This document shows, one piece after another, positions 35,133-48,960 of a stretch of DNA of 64,000 nt (position 1 is the stretch's first letter; each line of letters starts with the position of its first letter). Made by a program: the position numbers and the translations under genes. Under the pieces are notes generated by a model. It was not told the DNA's origin. It saw only the letters and a program-made list of their open reading frames with translations, and did no database searches. Source of the DNA: Mytilus edulis (Eukaryota); contig NC_092349.1 of the NCBI RefSeq assembly GCF_963676685.1, positions 76,508,001 through 76,572,000 on the forward strand. Reading direction: 5' to 3'.

Positions 35133-38100
35133 CTAATACTTCCTGAAAGTAATATAAGACAATAATAAATGGATCAATATAACAAAGAAAATATATTTTT
35201 TTTTAAAGTTAGAAGAATTATATGATATCCATACCACAGGTTTAAACGACGATGCCATACGTAAGCAGTGGCGGATCCAGGGTGTGTGTGGGGTTTGAAA
35301 TCCCCCTTTTTGAACGATCAATGCATTTGAATGGGGAAATATAGTTGGACCCCCCTTTTTGTCCTGGGTTGGAACCTCCCTTTAAAATGGATGGATCCGC
35401 CAATATATGAGGTAGGATCTGCTATTCATTTGTAGTCATTAGAGACCCCTCCTAGTTTAAGGTGGGGTTCTTTTGTTAATCTTTTAGTTTTTGAAGGTGG
35501 TGTTTGTGGACTGTTGTTCGTCTCTTGCTCGTTTTTTGTTTCTTGATGGTATTTAAATTTGTTTTCCACGTTATGAGTTTGCCTATTCCTTTGGTAATTT
35601 CCGCTTTTCTTTTAGACTTTGCCTGATATCTTACTACTAAAAATAGCAATCTAACAAATCTTTACTAATATAATAACGAATCAAACAGGGTTGAGATCTC
35701 AAAAAACATGTTTAACCCCGATACAAGTTTGCGCCTGTCCCAGGTCAGGAGCCTCTGGCCTTTGTTAGTCTTGTATGATTTTAAATTTTAGTTTCTTGTG
35801 TATAATTCGGAATTTAGTATACGTCCATTATCACTGAACTAGTATACATATTTGTTAAGGGGCCAGCTGAAGGACGCCTTCGGGTGCGGGAGTTCCTCGC
35901 TATAGTAAAATTGAAGACCCCTTTGTGGCCTTTGACTGTTGTCTGCTCTATGGTCGGGTCGCTTTGACACATTTCTCATTTCCATTCTGAATTTTATTTT
36001 CCCTGTTCTTACAATACACATTTTATACCTTGGCTTTCTACTTCTAGATCCATCTGATTGATCACCACTTTCATCATCAGAACTGGAAAAATAAAATAAA
36101 GCCATGTAATCATACTAACATATACAATGAACACATAAAAGTCGTATGACAGTACAAACACAAATGCTAAAACTTTTTCACAGCATTCTGATCATTTCAG
36201 TTTGTGTTCAGTTAGACTAAAATAATTCTGTATTTTCCTTTTAAATCTCAAGCAATGCATTTGTTTAAGCCAAAATAATCCAATAACATAAAAGTATGGT
36301 GTAATATGATCGGCCGTTAGACGCCCACTATAACCAGCGATCATTTGGCATGGGTGTAAGTATACCATATAAATTCGAAAAAAAGTACTATACATTTACA
36401 GAAAATAGTTTCTATGGCTTATTTATTAAATCCTACGTCGTCTTTACCGATAATGCACGTCACAAAGGAAATTCCAAAATAGTCATAACACGAGTGTCTT
36501 ACCCGATCGAAAGTTTTGAAATTGTTTCTTTTCAGATAAAACTATTGTTCATTCAGGACTGCTTGTATTGTTCACTTGAATCCTTTAATTAACGGTCATA
36601 ACTTACCCTTTTCGGTGGTGTTTTGATTTCTCTTTCCTGCTGAAAAAAAAACAACAACACGTGTATACATAATACTCACTATCGATTAACGCATATTTAT
36701 GCTATTTAAATATGGTCTCTTACTCTATCGAAATTTAAATCTTAGATCATCTTAGGTATTGAATAACTAGAATTGCTGAAAGATATAAATCAATGATAAA
36801 TCTAAAAATATCGTTTAAATATTTTTCTCTCATTTTTCGTTTTATTTGTGTGAAGAATATTAAATTATTAACTATATACTGGTGACCTATAGTTGTTAAT
36901 TCTGTGTCATTTTTGTCTTTTGTAGATAATTGTCTCATTGGCAATCATACCACATCTTCTTTTTTATATTTAATGCATTGTCAGCACTATTGGCTACTTC
37001 GTGGCGTACTTTTTTAATGGAAAAAGCCGAAGTTCTAGGGGAGAACTACAGACCTTCTGCAAGGAAACTGACAATCCTTGTTTATTAAGATTGGGTTCAA
37101 GCGAATTACTAACGTACGGGATTCAAACTCATAAACTCATTATTTACAGGCAGGTGAAACAGTAGTTTAAATACTCAGACCACTTGGCCACCGAGTCCCA
37201 TGAACAATAGAAGAAGTATGTTTTGACATTGTACCTGATTGTGTTTCAAATAATTACCTTGGCTTTCTTGATCTACTCATTGATCTATCGGATAAACCAC
37301 CGCTTTCATCATCAGAACTAGAAATGTAAAATTATTGAGAAATAGAAAATCCGTGAAATTATGTTAACATGGTTAAAATACACGAAGATACATATCATTC
37401 ATATATTTAAGGAATGACTGTAATATTTTTTCTGTCTATGAAGAAATAACATAAACAATTTGGTGCACACTGAATAACGCGCGTAGCGGGTTATTTAACA
37501 GTGTGCACCACATTTTTTATGTTATTTCGAATAGACAGAAAAAATATTACACTCATTTCTTATAATAATTTAATTCTAAATTCCATTTTAAACCGTAGAA
37601 AACCATGAAAAAACGTTGATGACGTCACGGTCACATGTCTATGGGCTGATAACAAAATAACGTCAGCCAATCAGAAGACATGTAACATCTAAAATTAAAT
37701 TATATTTAAATAATACATAAAACAAGCTGAAATCTAATGGCAGTTTTCTTGTTGTTTTTATTTTTGCTTCTTATTCTATGCTCAGTTAAACTAAGAGAAT
37801 TGTACATTTTCCTAACCAAGATTCGTATGAGCTAAATTATCCAATGACATTTAAGTATGATGTGATATAATTGGCTATGTTGTTCCTTTTTGGATAAAGT
37901 CATTGTTCATTCAGAAGTACATATATCGTAATTAACTTTAATAACTTACCATTTGCGATGGTGTTTCGATTTCTCTTTCTTGCTAAAATAAAAATTAAAA
38001 AAAACCACACGTGAATATACTGACTACAGGGTAACACAAACGAATGAAGGTGAAATGACACGAATACTTTAAAATATATCTGCATGCAGGGATTATGGCA

Positions 38101-41100
38101 AAATATTCAATTTTTCAGTAGGGAACCAGTTCTTGCCACAGCACTATTATTTGAATAATATATAAGAATGATATACAAATGGATGAACCGATTATATATA
38201 CATGTAACTGTAATATTAATATATTATATAACAACAAACAATTGTATACTGATTTGTATCACTACACTATACAGTACTAGTTATAACAGTGAGGTTGCAT
38301 TTCCTGTCATTTATTCATCATCCACACACGAACTTGTCTAAAAAATACCTTTGTACATTAATCTCAGTTTCAGGTATAGAGATGTGATTTTTTTCTGTGA
38401 TAAGCGCTTTTCACCATCCACAAGAACTTTCTGTCATCCGATGTTCAGTACTTCAGTACTTTGATTAATAATAGATGAAGTATTCCACGACATTGTATGT
38501 AAATGTAAACCGCAGATTTCAAATTTACCTTGTTTTTCTTGATCTGCTCTTTGATCTATCTGATAAACCAACTTTTTCATCATTGCAACTGGAAAATATA
38601 CAATAAATAATAATATAGTTGTCAATTATTTTAGAAGCAGAAAAGTCGTGAAAGTATGTTATCTTACCTCCTATATATTTCTAGGAAGATCAGTGGCTAA
38701 AAGCCAACACATGAAGACCCTGGTTACTTAATATTGGGTTTCTTAGTATTTTATTTTAATACACGGTAAGTAAGAACATTTCGTTTTATAATAAAAACGT
38801 GACGTTTCAAAGAAAAATCTGAAACGTTTCGCCTGGACAACAGCTGAAGAAATTGATGATAAAAGATTGACAATAAATGCAGAACTTTTTTATTTCACGT
38901 TTGTTTCTTTTTATTTAAAATAGGCAACTAGTCTGAATTCCACATGATAAGATAGTCGGTAAGATAAATCCGTTACACAGTGTGCTATAGTGACTGACCT
39001 ATTACGATATATACGATATCAGTATCACCAATATATGGATCTTACTGGCCCCGTATATATCGTATTAGGTCAATAGCACACTGAAAATTTTACTTATCTT
39101 GGCTGATAATACATGCCATAGAATAAATCTCAAAGAAAGCTTTTGATTTTCCATGAACGTCTTAAGGGCATACGTACGGTACAGTTTTGATCCCGTATTT
39201 ACATTTTGATAAAAAAAAATACATATATACAATTTTTTTTTACCTGATTAAATCAAATATGTAATAAAAAAAATACCTTCATGTTCTTCTTTTTAAGTAA
39301 AATGAGGTCGAAATTTTGTATATACATTTGCTCAAAATTCGGATTTGTGGCCGTATTTTCCCTTTCGAAAGAAAGCCATAACTTTATTGTTTTAAAAGAT
39401 AAACACTGATTGTTTTTTGTTAAATAATTGGTAATTTCTGTATTTTATAAGTATTCTAAAAATCATACATTTTTTATACAGAAATAAGTTATATTTATCA
39501 AATGTTCATGAACTTAGAAAAACACACCATTTTTGCTGTACATTTATCAAATTAAAAAAAATGCACTATTTACGTTTTCATGAAAATTAGCACACATAAT
39601 CTTTTCGCGTAATCAAACCAAATGGCATTTTAAAAAAGAGGGGTCTATGAACTCGTTTTCAAGTCAAATAAGTTTGAATGATAAAAATCAGTCAAAAACT
39701 GAATCTTTTCCCGATAAGTCATATAGTTTGACGTCGCGAAAATAACAATTTACGTTAGCAACGTCATTAACTTCCCTGTAACTGTATCGTATGAACTTAA
39801 TTCCTCTATTAGAAGTTAAGGTGGTACCCAACACTTTCACTAAAATTAATTTGGCTCGTTTAATTTTCATAAAATTTGGACAAAGTATATACTTTGACCC
39901 TTTGACAAAAATATAAAAATTTCAAAAACTTTGAACCACCCGTTTTATCAGAAAAATTACACTGGTTATATAGCAGTTTGACAAAATCTAGTTTTGATCA
40001 TTGAGAAGCTTCATATTCCCTTAACAGCACACCGTAATTCAAACGTTTAGCTGATTTTACAGAGTTATCTCCCTGTAGTGTTAGGTACCATCTTAAGTTA
40101 TCGTTCTGTTGCAGGTAGCATTATCAATCATTCAAATTGCCCTGTATTGCATGTTTGCATGAATCCTTTAACTAACGCTAATAACTCACCCTTTTCGATG
40201 GTGGTTCGATTTTTCTTTCCTGTTTAAATAACAAACAAAAAACGTGTATATACTCACTATTAATTTACACATATTTATGAAACTATAAATATATTCCAAA
40301 TACTTGTAAAATCTCTATAATGGTAGTTACTTTGGCACCTTGTTCAATTTGACATTAAATCTTAAAATTATTATTCGACCTTATCTTTAAATGTATTTCC
40401 GGTGGGCCGGATTTTTAAAATCCAACTAAGTTGGACATCACGTGACTTTTGTGACGTATATTACCCGCCATTTTGTTTTATATTTCCCCATATAGAATGC
40501 ATATATGCTTCAATAAAGTTTAATTTTCTCTTAAACCTAATCCGTTTTCTTACTTTTGCAAATCAATCCTTGATATTCAAACATATTTCTATCAATCAAT
40601 GTTGGTCCTAACAGTTTAATTTTTGAATAAATTCGGTCAAATCGGAATCGTAAAACATGCACTTTTTCTCATCATTTCTCCGTTGACTCAATGCTAAATT
40701 ACCGATACCCATGTCTACTTTTACAACAAATAAAGAAATTCTGTAAATAAAAAACAAACTTTGCAAATCGATTAAGTATATTCAAACATATAGCTGGGGA
40801 GAAATACTACTTAAAACAGTTTAATTTCAGGGCAATTTCGGTCAAACATCGATTTGAAAACGGGAATTTTCCGAGATTTTCAAAATGGCGGCTGATGTAT
40901 CATATGAAAATGTTGCATCAATTCAATGATTTCTATAGTAGACTTTCCTAGATTATATCTAATTTTTCATAAAGAATCTCTGATGTTTCTGTTATTTTCC
41001 TTTAGTGATATTTCGATATCATTGATTTCAAAATGTCTTAATAAATTTTTTTTATTTTAAGTGTGACACAGGAACATTTATTTTGACAGATATTCATCCA

Positions 41101-44100
41101 GGAGATATACTGTTACCAGAAAATACTTTACAATATCTATAATATAAAAAATCTCTTCTTTTTTAAAGGTGTTTTTCAAGTTTTCTGTATATTTTATCTT
41201 TTTTTAGAAATATATTTATTCATTTCTTTTAAAACAAAAACAAAAATGTTTTCATCCTAAGAGAAAAAAAACAATGTCCAATTATAATAGATAAATATTC
41301 TATACCTTTAAAATTTCATTCCTTGACCAAACAGGTGAAATCTAACTTGGGTTATAATGTTACATCATAATATATTGTCAGGTAGACGTGAAAACCAAAA
41401 GCAACCAGCTGACATTAAACATCCTGTCAGTGTGTATACATGTATTACCAGAGTTTAAATTTTGTGATATACAAAAGTTTTCATAAATGTACAAATAAAT
41501 ATCTTCTCCTTCCCGTGTCAAATCAGAAGAAGTATGTTTATAAACTTATAAACTAAAGTATAAACTTTAGGAAAATATGAATATTATGAAAATTTCTTTA
41601 AAAAAATATTTTTTGCTTAAAAGGCATTCAAATATTTATATGTTTCTATAATTATTTCAAAGAAATATTCTGAATTAAATTTTAATTTAAATGAATTTGT
41701 TTCATTGAATATGATTTTATTGTTATTTATCTTTTAATTCAATATTTAAAGCTAAATTCAGGCAATAAATCGATTTAAAGTTTAAATTGTGTAAAACAAA
41801 AGATTTATTATATACATTCCAACAGAGACGTTTAATACGATTGGTCTGGTTTTAACAATATTGCATACCCGATAATATCTATCGACAGAGTTATCGGTCC
41901 TGAATAGGACTGATATAGTTGGGTATGGCTGTGTAAAAAATTCACAAATTTTATCATTTTATAGTTAATTGATTACCTCTCACTTTGTCGAAATGTTTAC
42001 AAATACCACATATCATAGAATACCACTTGCGACTGACGTAAACAATGGTTAATCGCAAAGTTAAGTCTTAACTTTTCATTAATAGATGACGAATTCTAAA
42101 TTTGATATTTGTAAGTATACTTTAGTTTTCACAGATACCTTGGCTTTCTTGATCTTCCTCTAGATCCATCTGATGAATCATTGCTTTCATCATCAGAACT
42201 ACAAAAAAAATACTTTCATTTGAACATAATTTGTTTTTGTATTTATACCGATTTCATTTAACAATGCATGCCATTATTTCCGAACATAATTATAGAATTA
42301 TAAATCGTCCGGATAAAAAAAAGCCAATTGCTTCGGCAATAAAACGTTGTTTTTTTCTTTTATATAAAAATTCTGAACACATGATTACTATGACAGTTTG
42401 AAATGTAACGAAAAGCGTGTTAATACCTTGAGTCGCTGCTTGATTTATCAGAACTGCTACTGCTGCTGCTGCTGCTGCTGCTACTGCTACTACTACTGGA
42501 ACTCCTAGATTTCCTTTCAAGTAAAATAAGACCTATTACACAAGGAGACAATTCAAATGTATGACATATACAATTTTAGGTCAATGTCAGGAAAATATAA
42601 ACTTTTTTGTATGAGGCTGAGAAACTAGGGAAGGGCGAGGTTGTATCGACCCCTTCCCAAGTTTTGCGCCGAGTACAAAAAAGTTTATATTTTTTTGACA
42701 TTGACCTAATATTGTCTTTATACTGCAGCTTAAGTTAATAAATTGACGTAACGTAAATGGAAAACTTATGTTCATCCCTTAATGGACAGGAAGTGTTCCA
42801 TGATGAAATTGACATAGTACACAGGGGCGGATCCAGCCATTTTAAAAAGGGGGGTTCCCAACCCAGGACAAAGGGGGAGGGGTTCCAACAATATTTCCCC
42901 ATTCAAATGCATTGATCGGCCAAAAAAAGGGGGGTTCCAACCCCCGGACACCCCCCCCCCCCCCCTGGATCCGCCAATGGTACAAAATATAGCTTTGTTA
43001 CTATATTCAGGAAATAAACACAACTAGTTGTAGTATGAAACGAAGTATGTCTTATAAGACCCAATAACACATGTACATATATATTTTACTATATACAACT
43101 ATAGTCATATGTAGTGAATAAAATAAGTATCCAAGACTTTTCTTGAAGATCGATTAATTGATAGATTGATCATGGTGTTTGCTTTACGACATCTGAGCGC
43201 CAATAGACTATATCGCGGCGAGAGCTGATTTGAATAACTATACAATATTAAAAGTAATTTTTAATTTACCTTTTTAACATTTTAACTAAATTTTAAACTT
43301 TTATTGAAAAAGTGTGTGCTACAAAAATTAATTTAACAAAAGTAACAACACAAATGGGTATTCAAGGTGATATCATGCCATGAGAGACGCATTTTTTATT
43401 TTGAATACAATTTTCATATAACGACGTGCATATTTGCGTAAATTGGTCAGAAAGCAGATTTAGACATTCTAAATTCAGATCATTAAGGCTTTGTGTTTTG
43501 TTTTTATTTCAAAGTTAAGATTAATTACCTTTTGTTATATTGCATACTCAGGGATTCTAAAAATTAAAATATATGCGCCTTCAAATAATATCAAACCGTT
43601 TCATCTTTTAAAATGTTAATATATATATCTTTTGAACACTTACCATTTTCGACGTGGCTTTGATTTTTCTTTTCTGAAAAAAAATAAATTTGAATAATTG
43701 AGACTAAATTTGTATTTTTATATCATTTGATAACAAACTAGTCTAGGGCTTAACTTTTGGCTATTTCTGGTGTTCACGATAAATAAAACATAGAAAAGTT
43801 CAAATCAAGAATGTTTAATTTTCAATATAGAAACACTCATTTTAGCGATTGATTTGCTCAGTTAAATTCAATCATACACATTTTCATATATTAAAAAAAG
43901 TTGAAACAAAAATACACTTTTATGTTAGTTATCTGTATCCGTATAATTCATAAAATGTTTGTGTTGTATGATATAAAAGGAATTCAATGCAAAAGCGTGT
44001 TCTTTTATTATTGTTTAGGAAATTTCTTATCTTGTTTTTAGTCTGATTTTTTTATTTCCCCATTATTGATTTCCAAGGCCCCACATAATTACAAATCATG

Positions 44101-44708
44101 AAATTAAAGAGTGTAAGGGTCGAATAATTTCTCGTAATTTATCAGCTAAATTTAAGTATAGATTTCAAATGTACATACTTCTGTTTAGATTTAAACTTGA
44201 TTGCGATATAAAGAACAGTCCCATCTGTTTTCTCCAGAGATGTTCTGCTAAGCTGGAGTGAGTCGTTGAACAATCTTTCTTCTGGTTTATTATAAATGTA
44301 ATGCATGAGCAATCTTTGTGCTAAGGCAATGGCGTAGATCTCGGAATCTTTCATGGCATCGATGGCGTCGTCACGAATAAGGTCTTCTTCCACACAGCCA
44401 ATCACTACCATTTGGTCATATCCTTTCTCCTCCCAGAACCTCTTCCGGTCTTTCAGTTCCTTCTTTTGCCATGTTTTTCTGTCCGTGAAAGTAAAGGTAC
44501 TATCCTCTTTTGACTTGACGGGAATGTGACCAAGAACAAACTGGAGTACTTCCCCTTTGTTGTCGAAATATTTAAGGACTTCATCTGTAACTTCTTGTAG
44601 TCTTGTAAATGTTTCGTCAAAGGTTATGTAATGTAACTCATGTTTTTTCTTCTTTTCACAATCACAAGGATTGTACAGTTGTGCCAGACGAAATTTAGTT
44701 GAAGACAT
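35133..44708 (-). CDS. Uncharacterised ~299-aa protein: ~177-aa globular domain plus charged tail encoded by tandem micro-exon pairs
   Basis: Exons 44708-44179, 43673-43644, 42198-42139, 40219-40190, 38588-38529, 37982-37950, 37317-37258, 36639-36607, 36082-36029, 35142-35133. All GT..AG and phase 2, 900 nt open. Repeats KEKS(K/N)..RK / SDDES..SD.S..RSRKPR. The last exon is the least certain. Confidence 0.75.
35707..35997 (+). repeat. Dispersed repeat, inverted copy at ~51885-52135
   Basis: GTTAGTCTTGTATG...GGAATTTAGTAT.ACGTCCATTATCACTGAACTAGTATACA...GGGGCCAGCTGAAG...TGCGGGAGTT...TTTGACACATT matches the reverse complement of 51885-52135. Confidence 0.85.
37408..37705. repeat. Hairpin-ended repeat (~155-bp hairpin + CCAAT-containing tail); inverted degenerate copy at ~16640-16870
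   Basis: Arms 37408-37472 / 37499-37562 around GCGCGTAGCGG; tail GATGACGTCACGGTCACATGTCTATGGGCTGATAA...AGCCAATCAG matches the reverse complement at 16640-16760. Confidence 0.8.
39166..39796. mobile_element. Kolobok-like MITE (TTAA TSD)
   Basis: TTAA|GGGCATACG..GTACAGTT ... AACTGTATCGTATGAAC|TTAA; family of 11081-11569. Confidence 0.75.
39820..40092. mobile_element. Kolobok-like MITE (TTAA TSD)
   Basis: TTAA|GGTGGTACCCAACACT ... AGTGTTAGGTACCATC|TTAA. Confidence 0.8.
42452..42498. repeat. (CTG/CTA)n trinucleotide microsatellite
   Basis: ACTGCTACTGCTGCTGCTGCTGCTGCTGCTACTGCTACTACTACTG. Confidence 0.95.
42822..42979. mobile_element. hAT-like MITE with 5-bp TSD GTACA
   Basis: CAGGGGCGGATCCAG / CTGGATCCGCCAATG; GTACA at 42817-42821 and 42980-42984; inverted degenerate copy at 35266-35405. 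Confidence 0.8.
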
Positions 44709-45143
44709 TTTGTTATTTCTTCACCTGGATCAAATGAGAAAGAAAAAAAATAAATATACAAATTGCTGCATATTATAGATGTTTGTGTTACCGACCGTGG
44801 ATTTGTTACAGTATATATTTGCATATTTCTTATAAATTTTATTGAGAATCAATAGTAAATAAATGGTGAAATACACGTCAAGAAAAAATTTAATGACTTG
44901 AAATTTATATGAACAAAAGAGATGTATCTTAAGAATAGGGTACGTTACTGTGATTAGATTGCTACATGGGCGTTTTTCAATAAAAGCGTTCCTTTCAGAC
45001 CTAAAAAAAAAAATGGAAAATCAACTAGTCTAAAATTTATTTTCAAGAGTTATTTTGAATACCTCTATTATAGACCTGTTTGTAAACAAAAAGTGCAATC
45101 TTAGATACTCTTTAAAATGATATTATTTTCATAATTTGTGTAC

Positions 45144-45945
45144 TGTTTCGTAGGGGACTTTTGTCCCCTACGAAACTGCTTCTAAACACACATATTTTTG
45201 CAATTTTAAATGTTTCCTATACATGCTATAGACATTCCAGTTTGTTTACGTTATATACTAGAAAAATCTCATTTTTTTCTGAATTGGAGAACCATTTTTT
45301 ATTGATAACTCATGTTACGTAGTGGACATTTTGATGCGTTTCGTAGTTGACAAAACCGTTTCGTAGTGGACAAAAAGTTTCGTAGTTGACATCAACCCTA
45401 TTCTATGTTAATAAAAACATAATAAAAATTACATGAAACTAACCTTTGTTATTTGCTTTGCACGAATATAATTGAAAAAAGAGTAAAAAAAGACTGCATG
45501 GTAGTGGTAGTGTCCACTACGAAACGTTTTTCTCCCAAACTTGTTTCGTAGGGGACCGTTTCGTAGGGGACGTATTCAGATATAGGAAGATGTGGTGTGA
45601 GTGCTTTATTTTTTTCTCACAACCCCAATATTGCAATAGTAACAAGACTGACTGTATTCATCAAAGCGTTATTAAGCTGTACACTGATATTTTTTTCATA
45701 ATTTTAAAACCAGTTACTGAAGGAGATTTGACCCGTTTCGTAGTGGACATTTACAAAAATACGGTATCACTCTGGTCCATTTGATGTGCTCAATTTTTCT
45801 TACCAACAGTTTAATTGCCGTTATAAAAGCATCACTTCTTTTGTAAGACCCTAATGTTTATATCTCTTGCAAACAAAAAATTACATTGATTTTATAAAAC
45901 TGTTTATAAGCAAGTTTTATTGACTTCCTTTCGTAGTGGACACTG
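45144..45945. repeat. Cluster of ~11 TTTCGTAG(T/G)(G/T)GAC motifs in both orientations
   Basis: Copies near 45146, 45164(rc), 45316, 45339, 45359, 45378, 45511(rc), 45544, 45559, 45736, 45929; probably subterminal repeats of a DNA transposon whose ends are unclear. Confidence 0.7.
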
Positions 45946-47577
45946 TGTTAGGGACACACCTTCTAAAATAAAAAAAATCCTATGTTAAAAGCTGTTTATT
46001 AAAATATGTTGGCTCTAAACATACTTTTGAATTATTAAAGAACTTATATTAAGTAAAATTAATATTTATTTCTTCATTTTTTTTACGATATTTGAGAGTA
46101 TGAATGTTGAACAGGCGGTCTAGGGACATGCCATTTTGGTTGTTTTGGACCATTCAGGAATCAATATCTTATCAATCTCTCTAAAAAATAAACTGTTTCT
46201 TTGCTTAAAAATGTTATATCTAATTCAATGTACTGACTGCACAAAAAATTACTTGCAAAGATCAAACACATTTTTTTTAAAGTGACTGGGACAAGAAAGT
46301 ACGTTTATATACAAGTTTTTCATGAACAATATTTAATCTGTAATTATATACGACAGAAACTGAATGAATGACACAAATTTAAACTTCTCTGTATGATTGA
46401 TCTGAGAAAGAAAAAAAAAAAAATTCGTGTGCAACATATCTAGCCTTTAGATTCCGTTTAGTTGTTTATGTCGTTTGGTTGGTGATGTCTAATTTACGAA
46501 ACCTCCACATCTCCGTGTTTTTAATTATGACAACATACAAATAAATATTCAAAGACGTATGAAATTGTAAAATATAAATTAAACTGCATTGTAACCAATT
46601 TCAGACAACAACAGGGTACGTTGAAATAAGGAGGAACAAAATATTATGTTGAAATTATCAAAGGGAGATAATTATCAAAAAACATATTGATGATATGCAA
46701 TTTGTATACGATCATGTTAATTAAATTGAAGAATCAAACAGTAAAATACACAAAATACATCAAACATGCAATATATATATAAAAAGTCTCTATTACCTGA
46801 CAAATATCAAGGTTCGTACGAAAAATCAATATACTAGAATATTTACAAACATCGTACGTTGTCAATATAAACATATATAGAGTTATTTTTAAATATCCAT
46901 CGATTAACTTACCTTCGATTAGCTTACCTGTGTCTGAATTTATAGTTTTTTCAAGGCGGTTAATATTTAAATCATATAGTCGTAAAGCCATATAAATTTT
47001 CCTTCGACCAGGTTACCAAGGCATGGAATTCTCTTATATTTCATCACTTATGTTATTATAGATGACATAATTAATATTGTTCTGAAAAGTGAAATCAAAA
47101 ATATTATAATGTATGGTATGTAAAAATATAAAGGTGCATATAATTATTAGAAATATGCGTAAGCAATTGATGTTTATTTAGACAGCAGTAAATTAAAAAA
47201 TGCTGATATAAAAAGATTTAAAATTTTTAATGTAGCATAGCTATATCTTTCTCCTCAATTTTCAAACATGACATCTAATCGAAATAAGAATTGTAAGATT
47301 AACCAAGATGTCATATTTGGACTGTTCACAGAGTTGATTAAAAGTTAAATGTATCTACATATTTTTTTATTACATCAATTTTAATCTCACATTTAGTCAT
47401 TTCTTATCCCCCCCCCCCCCGAACTATACGGTATTTACTTTGCTCATTAGCGATTAATTAAAAATGGAGATGCAGTTTGCGAACCAGCGAAACAACTATA
47501 CACCAGAGAATTAAGAACGAAGATGCCATCCACTACACTCTTCAGCAAAAAACGTATATACCCATACCTTATAGTCA

Positions 47578-48960
47578 GATATAACACGAACCAACATGAC
47601 AACACGCAAGGATATAAGACGAACCAACATGGCAACATGCAAGGGTATAACACGAACCAACATGACAACATGCAAGGATATAACACGAACGAACATGACG
47701 ACATGCAAGGATATAAGATGAACCAACATAACAACATGCAAGAATATAAGACGAACCAACATGACAACACGCAAGTATATAAGACGAATCAACATGGCAA
47801 CATGCAAGGATATAAGACGAACCAACATGACAACATGCAAGGATATAACACGAACCAACATGACAACATGCAAGAATATAACACAAACCAACATGAAGAC
47901 ATGCAAGGATATAACACGAACGAACATGACGACATACAAGGATATAACACGAACCAACATGACAACATGCAAGGATATAAGACGAACCAACATGACAACA
48001 TGCAAGGATATAACACGAACCAACATGACAACATGCAAGGATATAAGACGAACCAACATGACAACATGCAAGGATGTAACACGAACCAACATGACAACAT
48101 GCAAGGATATAACACGAACCAACATGACAAAATGCAAGAATATAACACGAACCAACATGACGACATGCAAGGATATAACACGAACGAACATGACGACATA
48201 CAAGGATATAACACGAACCAACATGACAACATGCAAGGATATAAGACGAACCAACATGACGAATGCAAGGATGTAACACGAACCAACATGACAACATGCA
48301 AGGATATAACACGAACCAACATGAAAATATGCAAGGATATAACACGAACCAAAATGACGACATGCAAGGATATAACACGAACCAACATGACAATATGCAA
48401 GGATATAACACGAACCAAAATGACGACATGCAAGGATATAACACGAACCAACATGACAATATGCAAGGATATAACACGAACCAACATGACAATATGCAAG
48501 GATATAACACGAACCAACATGACAACATGCAAGGATATAAGACGAACCAACATGACAACATGTAAGGATATAAGACGAACCAACATGACAATATGCAAGG
48601 ATATAACACGAACCAACATGACAATATGCAAGGATATAACACGAACCAACATGACGACATGCAAGGATATAACACGAACCAACATGACAACATGCAAGGA
48701 TATAACACGAACCAACATGACAATATGCAAGGATATATAACACGAACCAACATGACAACATGCAAGGATATAACACGAACCAACATGACAACATGCAAGG
48801 ATATAACACGAACCAACATGACAACATGCAAGGATATAACACGAACCAACATGACAACATGCAAGGATGTAACACGAACCAACATGACAATATGCAAGGA
48901 TATAACACGAACCAGCATGACAACATGCAAAGATATAAGAACCAACATGACAACATGCAA
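47578..48960. repeat. 33-bp minisatellite, ~42 copies
   Basis: Consensus GGATATAACACGAACCAACATGACAACATGCAA; small indels near 48261 and 48735. Confidence 0.97.

Noticed and set aside
40372-41860. Possible additional non-autonomous transposon in an intron
   Set aside because: CpG-richer start suggests a repeat, but no TIR pair or TSD could be established.
42290-42520. Poly-Ala/Val membrane-like ORF
   Set aside because: Translation of an intronic trinucleotide microsatellite.
45144-45945. CRISPR-like array
   Set aside because: Motif is only 14 bp, occurs in both orientations with irregular spacing, context is eukaryotic, and no cas genes are present. The same applies to the AATCTATGGC cluster at 58060-58240.
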